The notes beneath the pieces are model-generated. The model made no database searches and was not told the DNA's origin. It saw nothing but the letters and a program-made list of their open reading frames with translations. From the NCBI RefSeq assembly GCF_006345805.1, contig NC_043007.1, positions 61,132,001-61,196,000 on the forward strand: DNA of 64,000 nucleotides, given 5' to 3'. A program made the translations under genes and the position numbers. Shown in pieces: positions 25,665 to 40,189 of the stretch; position 1 is the first letter of the stretch; each line of letters begins with the position of its first letter. The DNA is from Octopus sinensis. Its lineage: Eukaryota.

Positions 25665-28600
25665 TATATATATTTATGTGTGTATCTTTGTGCTGTGTTT
25701 TTCCCCCCACCATCGCTTGACAACTGATGTTGGTATGTTTATGTTCCCATAATTTAGCAGTTCAGCAAAATAGACTGATAAAATAAGTACTAGGCTTACA
25801 AAGAATAAGTCCTTGGGTCAATTTTTTCGACTAAAACCCTTTAAGGCAGTGCTCCTGAATAGCCACAGTCAAATGAGTGAAACAAGTAGAAGATTAAAAG
25901 AATATGTATGTAGGTAGGTAGGTACAATATTGAATTTTCTAGAACCTTTGGTTCCAAAGCATTTTTGGATTACGCAGGTCTTCTGCAGCAAAACATGGAT
26001 GAGAAATAATTCTTTTCCTAATACCGGTTGTTGCTTCATTGCAAGTTGCTTTTCTTGTAGGAGGAATTGCAAACCAAAGAAATATCAATTCTACAGAACT
26101 ACATCTGTTTAGATTAGTGGGCTATGTCAACATGTGGTAACTCTTTGGAGTTAAGTGGACTTAGTTGTCGAGAGCCAAGTGCCTTGGCCTTGGCCATATT
26201 AAGATGACTTGTGTCATGAAATATGAGCCTCCTCCACTGATTGCTCACTATCCTATCTAATGGCCATCATTGTTATCATTGAGAAAGAGAGGAGCTTAAT
26301 AAAATAAGCTTATATAACACTTAGAGTATTTTACAGAACACTTTGCTCATCTTTTTGATGCAGTATTACTGTAAATCATATTTTATTTTGATTTTAGCTC
26401 TAAAAGCCTGTCAAGATTTCGGGGCTATTTTGAAATGCAAGTTTCTTTTTCATATTGACAAGTGCCAAAAGCAAGTATCAATGTCTAAGCAATATGCTTT
26501 GGGTAAACTTGGAAAACATTCAGATGAGTCACTGACAAGGTGAACAAGGGTGAAATAGTATGACAAAGTTACATAAAAAAAACTCCCAGCAAAAATGAAA
26601 CAAAACAGATTATTTTTATTTTATTAATTTATATTTTAAAAACTTTGTTTTTGTTTTTCTTCTATCTAACTACATGGGATAGTGGGATAGTTTACTTGGC
26701 TTTTGATGGATGTTTATAAATTATTCAATTAAATGCGTTTTGCAACTTCTGGATGTTTCGTGTTAATAACGCCAATGAAATGGTGGTACCAGTTGTCTGG
26801 CAAACAGTAGTATTTTTCTTCTAATGTAACATGCTGGCTCATAAACAAGTATGGATACTTTTGTGTAGTTGCTAAACTCTATCTCAAGAAAATTCTTGCT
26901 GTTTTAAGAATTGGATTCACGTGGTTTTAGTTCTATATCATGGTGTAGTATGTCTACATAAGATTGTTGTGGCTCAGACAAAAATCTTATGAAGCTTAGC
27001 TCATGCTGTAATCATATCATAGCATCAGGGCTGTTCAATCTTTCTCCTAGTTATAGATTTACAATTACTATACAGTGACTACAACAAACTAATACAAACT
27101 GGCATACTGGAATCATACCTTCATATTAGTGTTATATGGCTACTTGAGCTGAACTCAACAATTACAAAGACATAGCACAGTTTGAATTTCTTTGTGGTAT
27201 CTAAATCTTACATGTTTTAACCTACATGGGATCATATTTTTAATGAAATAAAGTTCCGTAAGTTTCAGTTAATTTTGAAACTAATCAAGTATCTTGAGGA
27301 ATTTAATAAAAATCATGTTTTAATTATGAAGTTGGTGTTTGGAATATAAAATTATGATGAAAGGTTTTAATTTAGCTATAAACACTTTAAAATGGGTGGT
27401 TTTGTTTCAAGTAACAAGAGACTAACTCAGGCATTAAATTTGTACCATCATGTCTTTCACATTATTTAATTATTGTTTTATTTTGTGAGTTGACAGTTCA
27501 GATTTTTTTTTTGTTGTTTTGCTGTTGCAATGCTCATTACCTCCTACTGCCAACTGTATAATATATTAATTTTCTGAGACGAAATTTTATGAAAGCTTCA
27601 TTGTAGGTCATAAAATGGGTTTTTTTTTTTTTTTAGAGGCAGCAGAGAGAATAAAAGTTTTATTGTATATTTGATAGAGTAAAAAAAAAACAATAGACAC
27701 ACTAAAGGACATAGTCCAAGCTCTGTGGCATTAACAAGAAGTATCACGTGATAAATGACAAAAATATAGGTCTTTTACATTCATTTAACTAAACTGGTGT
27801 CTGGACAATAAATAAAAAAAAAAAATGAATAGGAAGTTGGGGTGAGGGAAAGAAAAGTTGCCTAATTGTACTGACTGGTTTTTATTTGGGTGTTTCTATA
27901 TATTTTATTGAATGCAGTAAATTGCATGGTATTATCAGTCTGTGAAGTTCAGTTTGCTTGTTAATTCAGTTTATTGTGCAGTCCTAACACATGCACATAT
28001 ACACACATGTGGTAAACCCCTTGTATGAAATATGCAAGCCATATATCTCTATCTCTCTGTCTGCCTGGCTATTGTGCTTCACATGTAATGCACAGGACAC
28101 TTGGCTGATAATCTGAGGTTCCAAAAAGAATGTCTGTAAACAAGCATGGATGTTTAAAACAATGTTATGGAAATGCTTCAGACTGGCAAAGGCTTAAGCA
28201 ATATTTTATTTAATACTGTGTGGAAAAAAAATTTGCAACAAATTAACACATTTCTAACATTGGTACTTATGAAACTATATCAGAGTATGAGTGATTGTGT
28301 TGACAACACTAGATAAACTTAGTGATTCAAATCATGGCACTGAATTGAATTTGGCCAAGAAACTTAAATCTTAAGTGGTGAGTTGTAAATATATTCTTGA
28401 ACAAGCCACTACTAAAATTAACAAAGGTTTTGTTAGTTTATAGTCCACGTCAGATTTGAAACTGACACCTCATGCTTGCAAAGCAAATTTAATTATTCTG
28501 CTATACTTTGCAAGAATATAAATGTGTGTGTGTAATGTATGTAAGAAGAATCTAATAATGTTTAACATATCAATCTTCTGTATTTGGGCAGATAATAAAA

Positions 28601-29089
28601 TACATATACACACACACATACATACATATATACTATCATCATTTTAACATCCACTTTTTCTTGCTTGCATGGGTCAGATGAAATTTGTTGAGGCAGAGTT
28701 TTCTACATTCAAGTTCTTTCTGTCACCAACCATGTCTGGTTTCAAGCATGGTAATATTTCCTCTATTCCTTCAAATATGAACAGCACAATGGCTTACCTT
28801 GTTTTCATGGTAGATTGCAAACAAACAACACTGCTTGTCTGATGGTGATGATTGATTGCAGTAAGTACATGATACCAAGGCAAGGAGATAAAAACTCGCA
28901 TGCACATATGACAGGCCTCTTTCATCCTTCATTCACCAAACCCATTAACAAAGCCTTGTTTGGCTGTGCATTATTACATACCCAAGTTCAGAAGGTTGAT
29001 ATCTTTAAACAATAGAATTGTTAGGTTTTTCTTATTTAACAATCTGAAATAAAGTTTACTTTATATCACTTACGTGTTGCATTACCTCA

Positions 29090-29475
29090 TCACAGCTGTA
29101 CTGGGCGGGACATGTTTCGAGGATGGAGGGCAACAGGCTCCCAAGGGCAGTTTTCTACACTGAATTGCATCAGGGCAAGTGGAGCCATAATGGCCAGAGA
29201 TGTGCTGAAGGGACATATGAAGAACTCCAGCATCTCTCCAGAGGAGAATGCCTTGCAACATGATGACTGGCACTGATTGTTGATGCTTGTTAATTTCAGT
29301 CATTGATGAGAAACAACAGAGAGAATACAAACGAGCACATGAGAGGTGTCACTTCTCTGTTATGTCAAGTAACTTTACCTGCAGATCAAGTGCAGGCTTT
29401 GTAGCCCACATGTAAGCCTATCAGAGATGATTTCTGAACAGAGCAGTTAACATTGCCCTGTGATGGACAACTGGT
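29090..29475 (+). mobile_element. RTE-clade LINE 3' fragment
   Basis: Translates to QLYWAGHVSRMEGNRLPRAVFYTEL..GK, the typical RTE C-terminal motif. Frameshifted. Confidence 0.75.
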
Positions 29476-30317
29476 GTATATGTCAAAATTGTATTAGTAA
29501 TGTTATAGTAAAAACAGTGCAATAAAATTGTAGTAAATGTTGGAAAAGAAGAAATTTTCAGTACAGTATCAAGCTTAATGTCAAATCACTTAAAATATTC
29601 TTTATTATTATTTGTATATGTATACACTTATTTTCATTAGTAACATGTTTTGTAGTAGTAATATAAAATATGGTCAATGTGCAGTATTAAATCCTTAAGG
29701 AATTGTCTGTGACATTGATTGATGATAGTGGATATGGTATTGGTGGAATCCTTAATATAACATTACTTATATGAGGTACCATGAAAAAATTTACGTATTT
29801 ATGTAATGCCAAGAGAAGGGGAACTTGGCAGTGCCTTTCTTGCTCAAGACTTTAAATGTGACCTGATTTTAAAGTAATTTGTAAATTGGAATAAAAAAAA
29901 AACAAAACTAGGTTATAGACATGTCTCACCAGGGCCATCTGCTTTTCATGTTAACTGAATGAGAGAAATCCCTCATGGCTATGTTTATCTCAAGTAAGTT
30001 CTTGAAGGATCTGGTACACTTAGGTGAACTGTGGCATGTAGAATTGTGTTGTCTTGGGTGAACATATGTACCATCAATTGTGGCATGTGCAATTTAGTGT
30101 TTTTATAAACACTGAAATGTTTACAATGGACTTGAACTGAAAACCTTTGAGCTTTAATATTATAGCCATTATGCCATTTTGTTTTTACTGCTGTCCCATT
30201 TATGGCTTGTGAATTGCCTGTAACATTGATGGGTCCAATCCATGTCAGCATTGAATGCAATTCAGATTTGTATGATTCAGAAGCAGTTGAGCACATTAAG
30301 TGCTTATATATATTGTT

Positions 30318-30605
30318 TAGTACTATAGACACTGGTTAATACTTATAGGTACTGTACTGGATATAAGTACATTAAATGATTATATTTATACATATATAAA
30401 TATATAATGGTTAGTACTATAGATACTGAGTAGTATGATTAGATACCCATTAGTATTATAGATTCTAGTTAGATCTATAGATATTGGTTAGTATATAGAT
30501 ACAAGATAATACTTATAGATACTGGTTAGTATGACACATGTCGGTTAGTACTTTAGCTTCTAGTTAGTATGATGGACACTTGTTAGTACTATAGATATTG
30601 GTTAA
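30318..30605. repeat. Degenerate ~22-23-bp minisatellite (tagtactatagatactggt)
   Basis: About ten diverged tandem units. Confidence 0.7.
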
Positions 30606-30894
30606 GGTCAACAGTTGAATGGCTAATATACTGCGTCACTGGTCCAGAGCAATTTGTGAGGTACTGTTTTATTACACTACATATTTTTGTTAGTCAAACT
30701 GAGTTCTACTAGCTTTCAACTCTTGCTGGGGTCAGCATAATTATTTTATTCTTCTAGGATGAATAAAACAATCCAGTCATATTCGGGGACCAATTCAAAT
30801 GAGTATTGCAAATCTGTTCTGAATGTCTTGTTACAAGAAATTTTTATGGGATGGTGGCATTTAGATTAAATACTTGTTTTAATCTTTTAGTATT

Positions 30895-31122
30895 TAACCC
30901 ATTTGTTACTGTATTTATTTTGAGATGCTCTGTATTTCTTTCAATTACTTTAAATATAACAAAGAATTTAGTAAAATAACATAAGTTATCATTCAGCTAG
31001 TGTTAGGAACATAAATTGTGACTAAGGTTTGGTGGAAGATTTTAATTCAAAACTTATGAAAACAAGACATTTGTACACAGAGCCAGAGCTGGTTTCAGCT
31101 GGGTTGGTAACGAAAGTATTAA
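30895..31122 (+). mobile_element. piggyBac-like MITE
   Basis: TTAA|CCCATTTGTTAC ... GGTAACGAAAGTA|TTAA ends. The family recurs at 22918 and 59700, and partially at 19160 and 27217. Confidence 0.55.
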
Positions 31123-32869
31123 ACTGACCATGTACGGTCATAATATTCTACTGGTTTTATGTTCAAATTGACCAGATCCAGCTCCTCACACCTATCCTAC
31201 AATGTTATTGTAAAAATAAACAATTACATCAGTCTTGAAGCTACACAATAATGCTTGATTAATTCAAAACAATGTGGATCTATATGCATTACATTTGACA
31301 GTAATCTGAATACTTAAGGCTTATTACTCTTTGTGAATATCTTTTTCTTTATTTTGGATAAAGCAGATTGAATTGTGATTTTAGATTTGCTTTTATGAAT
31401 ATCTTGGTATTTAGCAGTTACAAAACCAACTCAATTCTTCATATATTCTTAGAATATTATGAATCAGGATGATTAGAGTTGTATCCCTAAATTCCTTTTT
31501 TAAACCCAAGATAAACTTATTTGGATATTTTTATTTTTAAGGTACTGCTAATTAACGAAGTGTAAGGTTAGCAATATTGGTTTCAAAGTTTGGCACAATG
31601 CCAACAAATTTGGTAGGTCGATTACATCGATCCCAGTGTACAACTGGTGCTTATTTTATCGACCCTGAAAGGATGAAAGATAGAGTTGACCTCAGCTGAA
31701 TTTGAACTTGAAATGTAAAGATGGACAAAATGTTGCTAAGCATTTTGTCTGGTGTGTTAATGGTTCTGCCAGTTTGCTGCCTTGGTAAGGTTAGAAGTAT
31801 TAAAATATTGATGTGGTGTATTGACATCTTTCTTTAATCTTGACAAATAGAATTGTTAAAAAATGCTAAAGAATTAATAAAATATATATAAAAAAATAAT
31901 AAATATAGATACAAATATAAATAAAAAATGATGATTATAAATAAAAAAAATTAATAAAATTGATAAATATAGATAAAAAATATTGATATGAATAAAAATA
32001 AAACAGGTATTTACAATTCATCATTTTGATATTTCAATTTATTGATTACCTGATAAAGTTTGGGTGTTTCTTTCATTTTTAGCTCGTGTTGTTTTCTCCC
32101 TATATTTTTGTTAATCTCTGACTAGATTTAAAAAAAAATTTTAAATGGTTTCAATGGTTTACTTTGCAATAATAACTATCATAGCATGTTTCACATAGCA
32201 AATCATTTACAGTTATCAATTATTACATTAGTCTGTATGCAAATGTGCAATTCTGCATTAAACCTCTAGAGAGATAGATAGTCAGCTATGAATTCTAATC
32301 AATGAAGAGTTAACTGTTTTAATAATGCAAATCTAATCTTATGACTTAACATTCATTTGTATTTAAGTGGCTTACCAAGATAATATATTCTTTAGGCATT
32401 TACAATTTAGCAGGTCCTACACCTTTGCAGATTGATTTTGGACTTAATTTCCAGTTATGAAGAGCTTATAGATAAATGCTTACCTAAGAACCAACATGTT
32501 TGCATTTGAAAAAACTGTGGTCAATGATCTATGAAATATGCTAACTATCTCTGACCATTATTCCTTCTGTGCACAAATCAAATAATATTAACTACTAATT
32601 TAAGTATGCAGTGTTTCCCTAGAATTTATCGTAACCAATCTAATTCATATTTTGCCAAGGTACAGTGCATTTATTCAAATATAACATGCTCTAATTTCGA
32701 CTAGCTTGAATATGAACGGTGACAATTCTGTAATCTTATAGAATTGCAGTTTTAATTGCTTCACATACCAGAAGCAACTTAAACAATGAAGTTTTATTAT
32801 TAGTATAACTATTATTATCATCGTCCCTATTATCATACAAAAGCTATTGATAATTAGTAGATATTTGGA

Positions 32870-33135
32870 ATATTGGTGATAACAAGTCTCTTTAATCTTA
32901 AGGGTCTTTCTTAGAATTTTTGCAGATTACAGGGTGGCACTTCTCTACAAGTCTATTTTACGGGTCTCAGTTCCAATATCTTTTAGTTTCTTAATTGTAG
33001 TTTTGAGTATTGTATCAAATTTACCAATAACCACAAGAACTATTTTCATTCTTGTGTTCCACAATCTCTTCATCTCTTCGATTAGGTCCTCATATTCCTT
33101 AATTTTCTTAGCTTCCTTGATATCCATTTAAGTAA
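32870..33135 (-). mobile_element. R4/Dong-like non-LTR retrotransposon 3' fragment (restriction-like endonuclease C-terminus)
   Basis: KIKEYEDLIEEMKRLW...VLVVIG motif. Confidence 0.65.
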
Positions 33136-34070
33136 TCTTAGAATGATTAATATCATTATTAGTAGTATTATTCTTACTATATTAATTGTTACTTTGTAAT
33201 GCTACTTGAAAGCTGGTCATAACTCGTGTGAGTAAAGATCAAAGCCTTCACTCACACTTGAGTTTTATTTGGTATCAGCATCCACCATACCTTTCCCTAA
33301 TGTTTTTAAGTGACCTTGTAGTTCAAGTAGATACAGATACCGGCTAAAGTCTCTCTTCTTTGATCTGGTAGAGCATCCAAAATATGACAGTTTGAGGAAA
33401 GAAATACAACCCAGTACTTTATTTTATCAACATCTAGCAGAAGGATGAAAAGTAAAGATGACCTTGGCAGAATGTAAAAAGCTGGATCAAATACACAAAT
33501 GCCATATAATGTTTTATCCAATGCTCTATTGATTCTGACAATTTGCTGCCACAGTTACAACCTAAGCCCCTACTTTTTTTATAATTGAAATAAATGCTAT
33601 AAATTAAGGTGAGATATGTTAACAATATTTTGTCTGGTATGGACAGAATATTGAGAGAATTCAAACTTATTGGTTGTCTGAATAATAACAATTTAAAAGC
33701 TTTCAATAACTTGACTGTACCAGACACAACAGTATTACTATATCTCTCTGTTTTTCAGTTATAATATTTTTTCAAATATTGAAGGAAAAATTGCTGATCA
33801 TCCTCAGTGTTCTATTTATCCCATGAATCATTTACAATAATAACAATCAGATATTTTTCACATTCCTTATGAGTTCATTGTAATTTTATGATTATTTTTT
33901 ATGTTGCAATCTATGGAGCTAAGTAAGTTGTCTTATGAACTCTCTCTTATTAGAATCATCATCAACTATTATTGTCTCCTTATTTGATGCTACTGAAGTA
34001 GTCAGTCTCATCTCAACACTCTGTGTTCAGGACTTTAAGTTATTTATTGCCAGCCATTCTAAAATATATT

Positions 34071-34272
34071 CTTTTCTACTCTAGGCACAAGGCCTGAAAT
34101 TTTTGGGGAGGGGGCCAGTTGATTAGATCGACCCCAGTATGCAGTTGGTACTTAATTTATTGACCCCGATAGGATGAAAGACAAAAGTCAACCTTGGTGG
34201 AATTTGAACTCAGAATGTAAAGACTAAGCATTTCGCCTGGTGTGCTAATGTTTCTGCCAGCTCACCACCTTT
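34071..34272 (-). mobile_element. tRNA-derived SINE (MetaSINE-like central domain) with 16-bp TSD
   Basis: The reverse complement has the head ggtggtgagctggcagaa...gagttcaaattcc and the core tttcatcct.tcggggtcaataaattaagtacc. TSD CATTCTAAAATATATT at 34055-34070 and 34273-34288. Confidence 0.85.
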
Positions 34273-34564
34273 CATTCTAAAATATATTGGATCAGATTGA
34301 ATGTCATTCCTTATGTACCTTTTCCTGCTTTATGTTTTTGTTTTTCAACCAGTCTTTAATCATTGCTTATAATTTTCATAATTAAAGGTGACAAAGGAAG
34401 GTTTACTTATAACTATTATTAAATTCCTTTAAGCAATAAGGTCATGGATATGTTCACCAGTTCTGTTAATTATCATTTGCCACCCCAGAAAGATACATAT
34501 AAGTTGAAACAACTATTTCCTTCTATATTTTCTTTTTCTTCTTCTTTTATTTGATGATAATCAG

Positions 34565-34618
34565 TGCAACCAATAATTCGGCATCTAGGACTCGAGCTCA
34601 TCTGCGGAAAGATAAAAG
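34565..34618 (+). CDS. RMDN3: Probable 54-nt symmetric (phase 2-2) cassette exon of the RMDN gene, encoding (G)ATNNSASRTRAHLRKDK(S)
   Basis: Long polypyrimidine tract (tttctttttcttcttctttt) then CAG at 34562-34564, donor AG|GTAACT at 34618/34619. Length is a multiple of 3 and the frame required by the flanking exons is open. Three retained CpGs in a CpG-poor intron. Confidence 0.6.
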
Positions 34619-37600
34619 GTAACTGATATCATGACTTTTAGGGGATATCTGAACCCTAATAGAGATATTCCTGCACTTGGATGTTGTACTTGTGTTGTCT
34701 TAAGCTTGGATCACTCTATCTTTTCACTGTTATCTTGTCACTCTTTGGAATTAAAATGATAATAGTTATGATTGGAAAAAGAGAAATATTCTCTTCAATT
34801 CCTGTTTACTTAATGTTTTAAAGTTTCTATTTTTTTCACACCAGCTAATTGCTTTTTTTCTTTTTGATGTTAAATTATATTGTCTCTTTCACTACTCTTG
34901 GATTGTTTATTCAGTGAAATAAAGAATATATTTAAATGTAATATTTTGGTGTGTATGTGTATGTAATCTCCAATGATCTATATAATAATCTATTATAAAA
35001 ATTCTGATGAATTAGTTGAGAAGCCAAGCAGAATCAATGTAGATACTATATCTGGTGCATCATGTTGTCATGTTTAAATTCTGCTATACTTGACTATAGT
35101 TGATTTGTGCTTTTGAACTCTTCAGGATTGCAATAATAATAATGATAATAATAAAAACAATTGTTCATGTTGCTACAAGGTCATATTTTCTTTAAAAGAT
35201 GGATAAATTCAATTTAATTGATCACAGTACATGCCTGGCATTTATCTTATTGACCTCAATGAGGCAAATGTCCAAACTAAACTTGGCATGATTTGAAGCC
35301 AAAACATAGAGGGATTGTTTCATTCTCATTAATAATAAAACAATCCATTTGTTGTTTAGAATTGCCACGAGTTAGTTTCACTTTTATTCTACAATTTCAC
35401 TTTTCTATACATGAAACTTTTTTTTAAAGAGAGGTGGTAAATTTAAGATCTGATTATAATATAATATCATTGCATTTGTACAGGAACAGAGATCAATTGA
35501 TTTTGCCATCTATTTTGTTATTGTTGCAAAAATTCATGTATTTAATGTTCTTTATATTGTTGTTTTAGGCTCCTTGAAAAATATTCTAATAGAAAAAGTT
35601 TAGTTGTTTCAAATGTACCATTGTGTGCAGTGTGGTTTAGCTGAATGAATACTGTTTATTCTGAAGACTTCTCTAACTTATGCTACCCAGGAAAAATGAA
35701 AGGACATTATTGCAATAATGATGCTAAGATGATGTAGTGTAGATTTAATTCTATAAAATACCATGCAGTTGAACTTAGACGCAGGCATGGTTGTGCAGTA
35801 AGAAATTTGCTTCCCAACCACATTGTGTCAGATTTAGTCCCTCCCACTGTGTAGCACCTTGGGCAAATGTCTTCTGCAATAAACCTGGGCTCACCAAAGC
35901 CTTGTGAGTAGATTTAGTAGACAGAAACTGAAAGAAGCCCATTATATGTATATAACTCTGTGTTTAAAAAGTACTGGGGCTCATTCATTTGGCTGCTGTC
36001 CAATGAATGAAACAAGTAAAAAAAGGAAAAGATAATGCTAGCTAATTGTCTTTGTTCAGTTTTACATTGGTAATTCAGTTCTTTAATATAGTTGCCATTA
36101 AATCTGCAGTTTTAAAGTAAACTTGTCACTTCAAATTTTGATCCCTCACTCACATCATTTTTATACCTTTTAACTTTTTAAAGTGTTGGTATTGAGTATT
36201 TATCATTTTAAACTTTTTCAGCAGAAGATTAAAGTAATGACAGAAGATTCAGATATAACTAAGATCAAATCTTATTTTCTGCTCAACTATGCATTTTCAA
36301 TTTGTTATAGTGTGTTCCTTTCAGAACTGCTCTAAAATTTCTGAATATAAAAATGGTAGAAGCCTTAATTGTTATCTTCAAAGGGTTAAAACATTGTTTG
36401 TAAAGAATTATTGCTTATAGCTGTCCATTACAAGTGTTAACAAAAGTGTGTTGAAAGGGATAAACATTTAATGTTTCTTGTGAACATTTGATGAAAGATA
36501 GCTATGATGGAAGATACATAATACAAGTGATAGAACAGAAGCTGTTGGTTTTAAGTTTTCTATTTTTTGCTAATTTATTTACAGAATTCTTCTGACTATT
36601 CTGACTTCTATTATTGTATTTATCTTGATCTAGTTTCTTCTCACATGTCTTACTTACACCTGCTAACCTTCATTTATTCAAAATGAACAATTGTAGGTTA
36701 GTAGTCTTACAATTATTCTTACATCCCAGTCTAGGAGGCAAGACCTTAGAAAATGCTGTTGTTACTGCCTTATCTGTGCAGATTTAACTATTGATAAAAA
36801 TGCTTAAAACATTATCTTACCTTGATAACTAAAGAGTGAGGTGGTAGGAATGTTTTGAATTCTGAAAAGCATCATATACATTCCACTTCTTCTACTTTTA
36901 TAAATTTTCCCCTCTCTTTCTCTTTTTTAACATGCATATGTTCTTATGTGTTTTATATCTGTATGTTTAGATAACTTAGTTGGTACAGTTGTTGGCAAAG
37001 AAAAATATACACTATTTTCTATTCCTAGAATATTACAGATATGCTAATATCCAACTTTATTTAGAATAATTTGGTTTGATAGAATTTACATGTTACGGAA
37101 CCAACTTGAGTCTGTTGTTCTTTATTGGTCAGATAGAAACTACAGCAAAGATTTTTAAAGTATCAGCAATATAACAGATTATTTTTGTCTTAAGTGATAT
37201 TATATATAAATATAACATTCATTATGCCCTATATAAATTCTTGTTTCTGAAGTAACCTAGTCAGCTTGTGCAAACAACTCACTCTACTATAGCGAACAAC
37301 TTACTCTGTTATAGAAACATGCTGTATATTATCAAGCAAGTATTTGGTTGTGCAGATATGATGCATTCAATTTACCGCCCAGAAATTTGATGATAATTGT
37401 AGTTGAATTGATCAGCTTGTAGTCCATTTTTAAAAGAACAAAAATTATTTTGTATTTTTTTGTTGTTGGGAATCTGGTGATGTTTGCAGTAAAAGTTTGA
37501 TAATAATTATAGTTGGAATTAACTTTTTTGCAGCTTAATGGTGTTTGTAGTGAAAGCTTGATAATTGTTGTTGAGATGAGCAGCTGTTTTTTTTAAAAAT

Positions 37601-40189
37601 CTGAATTGTTTCTTTTTTTTTTTTTGTTTCCAATCTCCAGCAGTGTTACAACAGTGTTGATAATAACCACCGTTGAGATAATCAGTTTACACTTCAATCT
37701 ATCTATATCCATAGAATTTTCAGTAATGTCTGTATTGAAGGATTGCAATATACTTTTGAAAAGTTTGTGGTGACCTGCTTGTAGGCTTTGTTGGTATGTA
37801 ATAGAATACAAGGTGTATAGCTTTAAAAATCACCAAGATATGCAAAGGTTGGTGTTGACTACTGTTCAGGGGCAGTAACTGCTAAATTTCTCCAATTAGG
37901 ATTGAGTAGAATGGAGTAAGAAACGTGGGAGACATGGTTAATGTTAAATATTTCAGTTGTCCTCATTCTAGCATTGAAATTAAAGAATAAAATCTGAATT
38001 AGTTTTTAGGTATTATTATCATGTTTCAATTTTTGAAAGACACAAAGGCTTTGACATGTTTTCATCTTCGAGTATAAATCATTCAAGTAAGTAATAATAT
38101 AATCTGTTTTTGAGTTAGTCACACTGTAACAGTGTTGAACTTTACCTTGACGAACACATGGCATTCACTTATTTTTTCCCAACGACCCAGTTACTGATTC
38201 AGTGTATGCATAAGCATGCATATATTCATGAAGTCGTGTATTCATGAATGCGTGCTTATATGTACACAAATATATATTCATGCACATATGTATATTTTTA
38301 TGTACACTTGATGATTGCACCTGCAAATGCACATGCTCACTAATGAATATGTACACATGGATGTCCACACATGCACATACATGCATGCATGCACACATGC
38401 ATGCACACACAAAGATCATGTATACATGCATACATCTAACTTTTATATATTATTTTTTTTCTGTGAAGAAAACTTTCCTTTCATTTTATGTTTATTTTCA
38501 ATACTAATACTGTTTGGATAGGTCTACAAATTTAGATTGGTTTGATGCAATGGTTCAGTGCATATGTCATACAGTTTCAAATTACAGATGCTTCCTTGGT
38601 TCATCGAGTTGTGGGTTTGTAAATTTGACTGTTAGTAAGGTTCTTGTTTCCTATGGAAAGTTAACCTGCTGCAGGAGAACACTGAAGGCTCTATCTGTTA
38701 AGAAATTTCTTCTATAAGAGCACATATGACACTAATAATGAAGGTAAATGAAATGATTTGTGAAGTTCAACAACACTTATAATATTAGAATAGGTAAGCT
38801 TGTCATCTTCATTATTTTATGAGCAGTTATTTTTAACAGCTCCAGAAGGATTGAATTGCTAAGGTGAGTCTAATACAGAAGTATGATACAATATGCTGGA
38901 TAGTATACAGTGTTTAGGCTGGTGCCCTACTGTATTTTCCTGTGGCTAATAATATCTTACTCTGTGGGATGGTTGGTGTTAGGAAAGGCATCCAGCCATA
39001 AAAACCATGCCAAAACAGACACTGAAACCAGGTGCAGTCTTCTGCCTGACCAGCTCCTGTCAAACCATTCAACCTATGCCATCATGGATAGCGGATGTTT
39101 AATGATAATGATGATGGTGACATAAGGTTAGACATTTGTATGGGAGAAGCATAGTTGATTGAATTAGTTCCAATATGCAACAGGTACTTATTTTATTGAC
39201 TCTTATAAGGGGAAATGTTAAATCAATCACGAATAAACAAACATATCAACTTCTGTCCTCAGGTATTTAGTCTCATAGTTTCATTGAGTCATTTGGACAA
39301 ATTATGTGGTTATTGAGCCAACTGAGTTTATTGTTATTTAGCAGTTCATCTAGATATGCTCACTTCTCACTTTTAAACTGCATAAAATGTGGGCAAAACA
39401 TGTGTGAAGGCACATAACCTAATGGTTAGCACATGGAGCTCATGACTGTGAAGTCTTGGGTTTGTTTCTTGGACTGGGTAGTATGTTGTGTCCTTGAGAA
39501 AGGTACTTTATTTCTTGTTGCTCCAGGTATGCTCATCTGAAAATGAGTATCTGCTGGGGAATCTCTCTCTCTCTCTCTCTCTCTTCCTTTAGCTCTCAGA
39601 TCCTTGATATTCTGCTGGGTCAAAGTTGACATGTTTCAGCGAGTGTCAATATCTCCTCATGACCACACAAGCATTGAAAATAACAGCTTGGCACAAACTA
39701 CCAGGTCATACTTGCAAGTGATAGCTAAACTTGTTTCAAACCAATTCAGCATGTAATAATTACTAGAATACCAATACAGTGTGGGTTATGAATAAATAAA
39801 TATACAAACTTTTATGCATATAAGAGGTGAGTGAATCTGAGAAACAGTATGTTTATTTTTAAACCACACAGTATTTGTACTCTAATAATTAAGCCATTCA
39901 GAGCTATAATAATGATTTCTGACTTAGGCACAATACCAATATTTTTCAGGCATATAATTGACTGAATTTACCACATAGTATAACTGGTATTTATTTTATC
40001 AATGTCTTCCTTATAGATGAAATACTAAGCTGTATTTCCTGATATGAATTAAATGCAAAGAAGTGGCCTACTGAGCTAGAAATTGTAGTATTTAGTACAG
40101 CTCACCACTGTTTATACCAACAATAACCTCTCTGTAGTGGTGTTTTAATGTTATTAGTGAATTACAGAACTCATATTGGATCATATAGT

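Noticed and set aside
38165-38521. Overlapping His/Cys/Met-rich ORFs
   Set aside because: Translation of (CA/TG)-rich low-complexity repeat.
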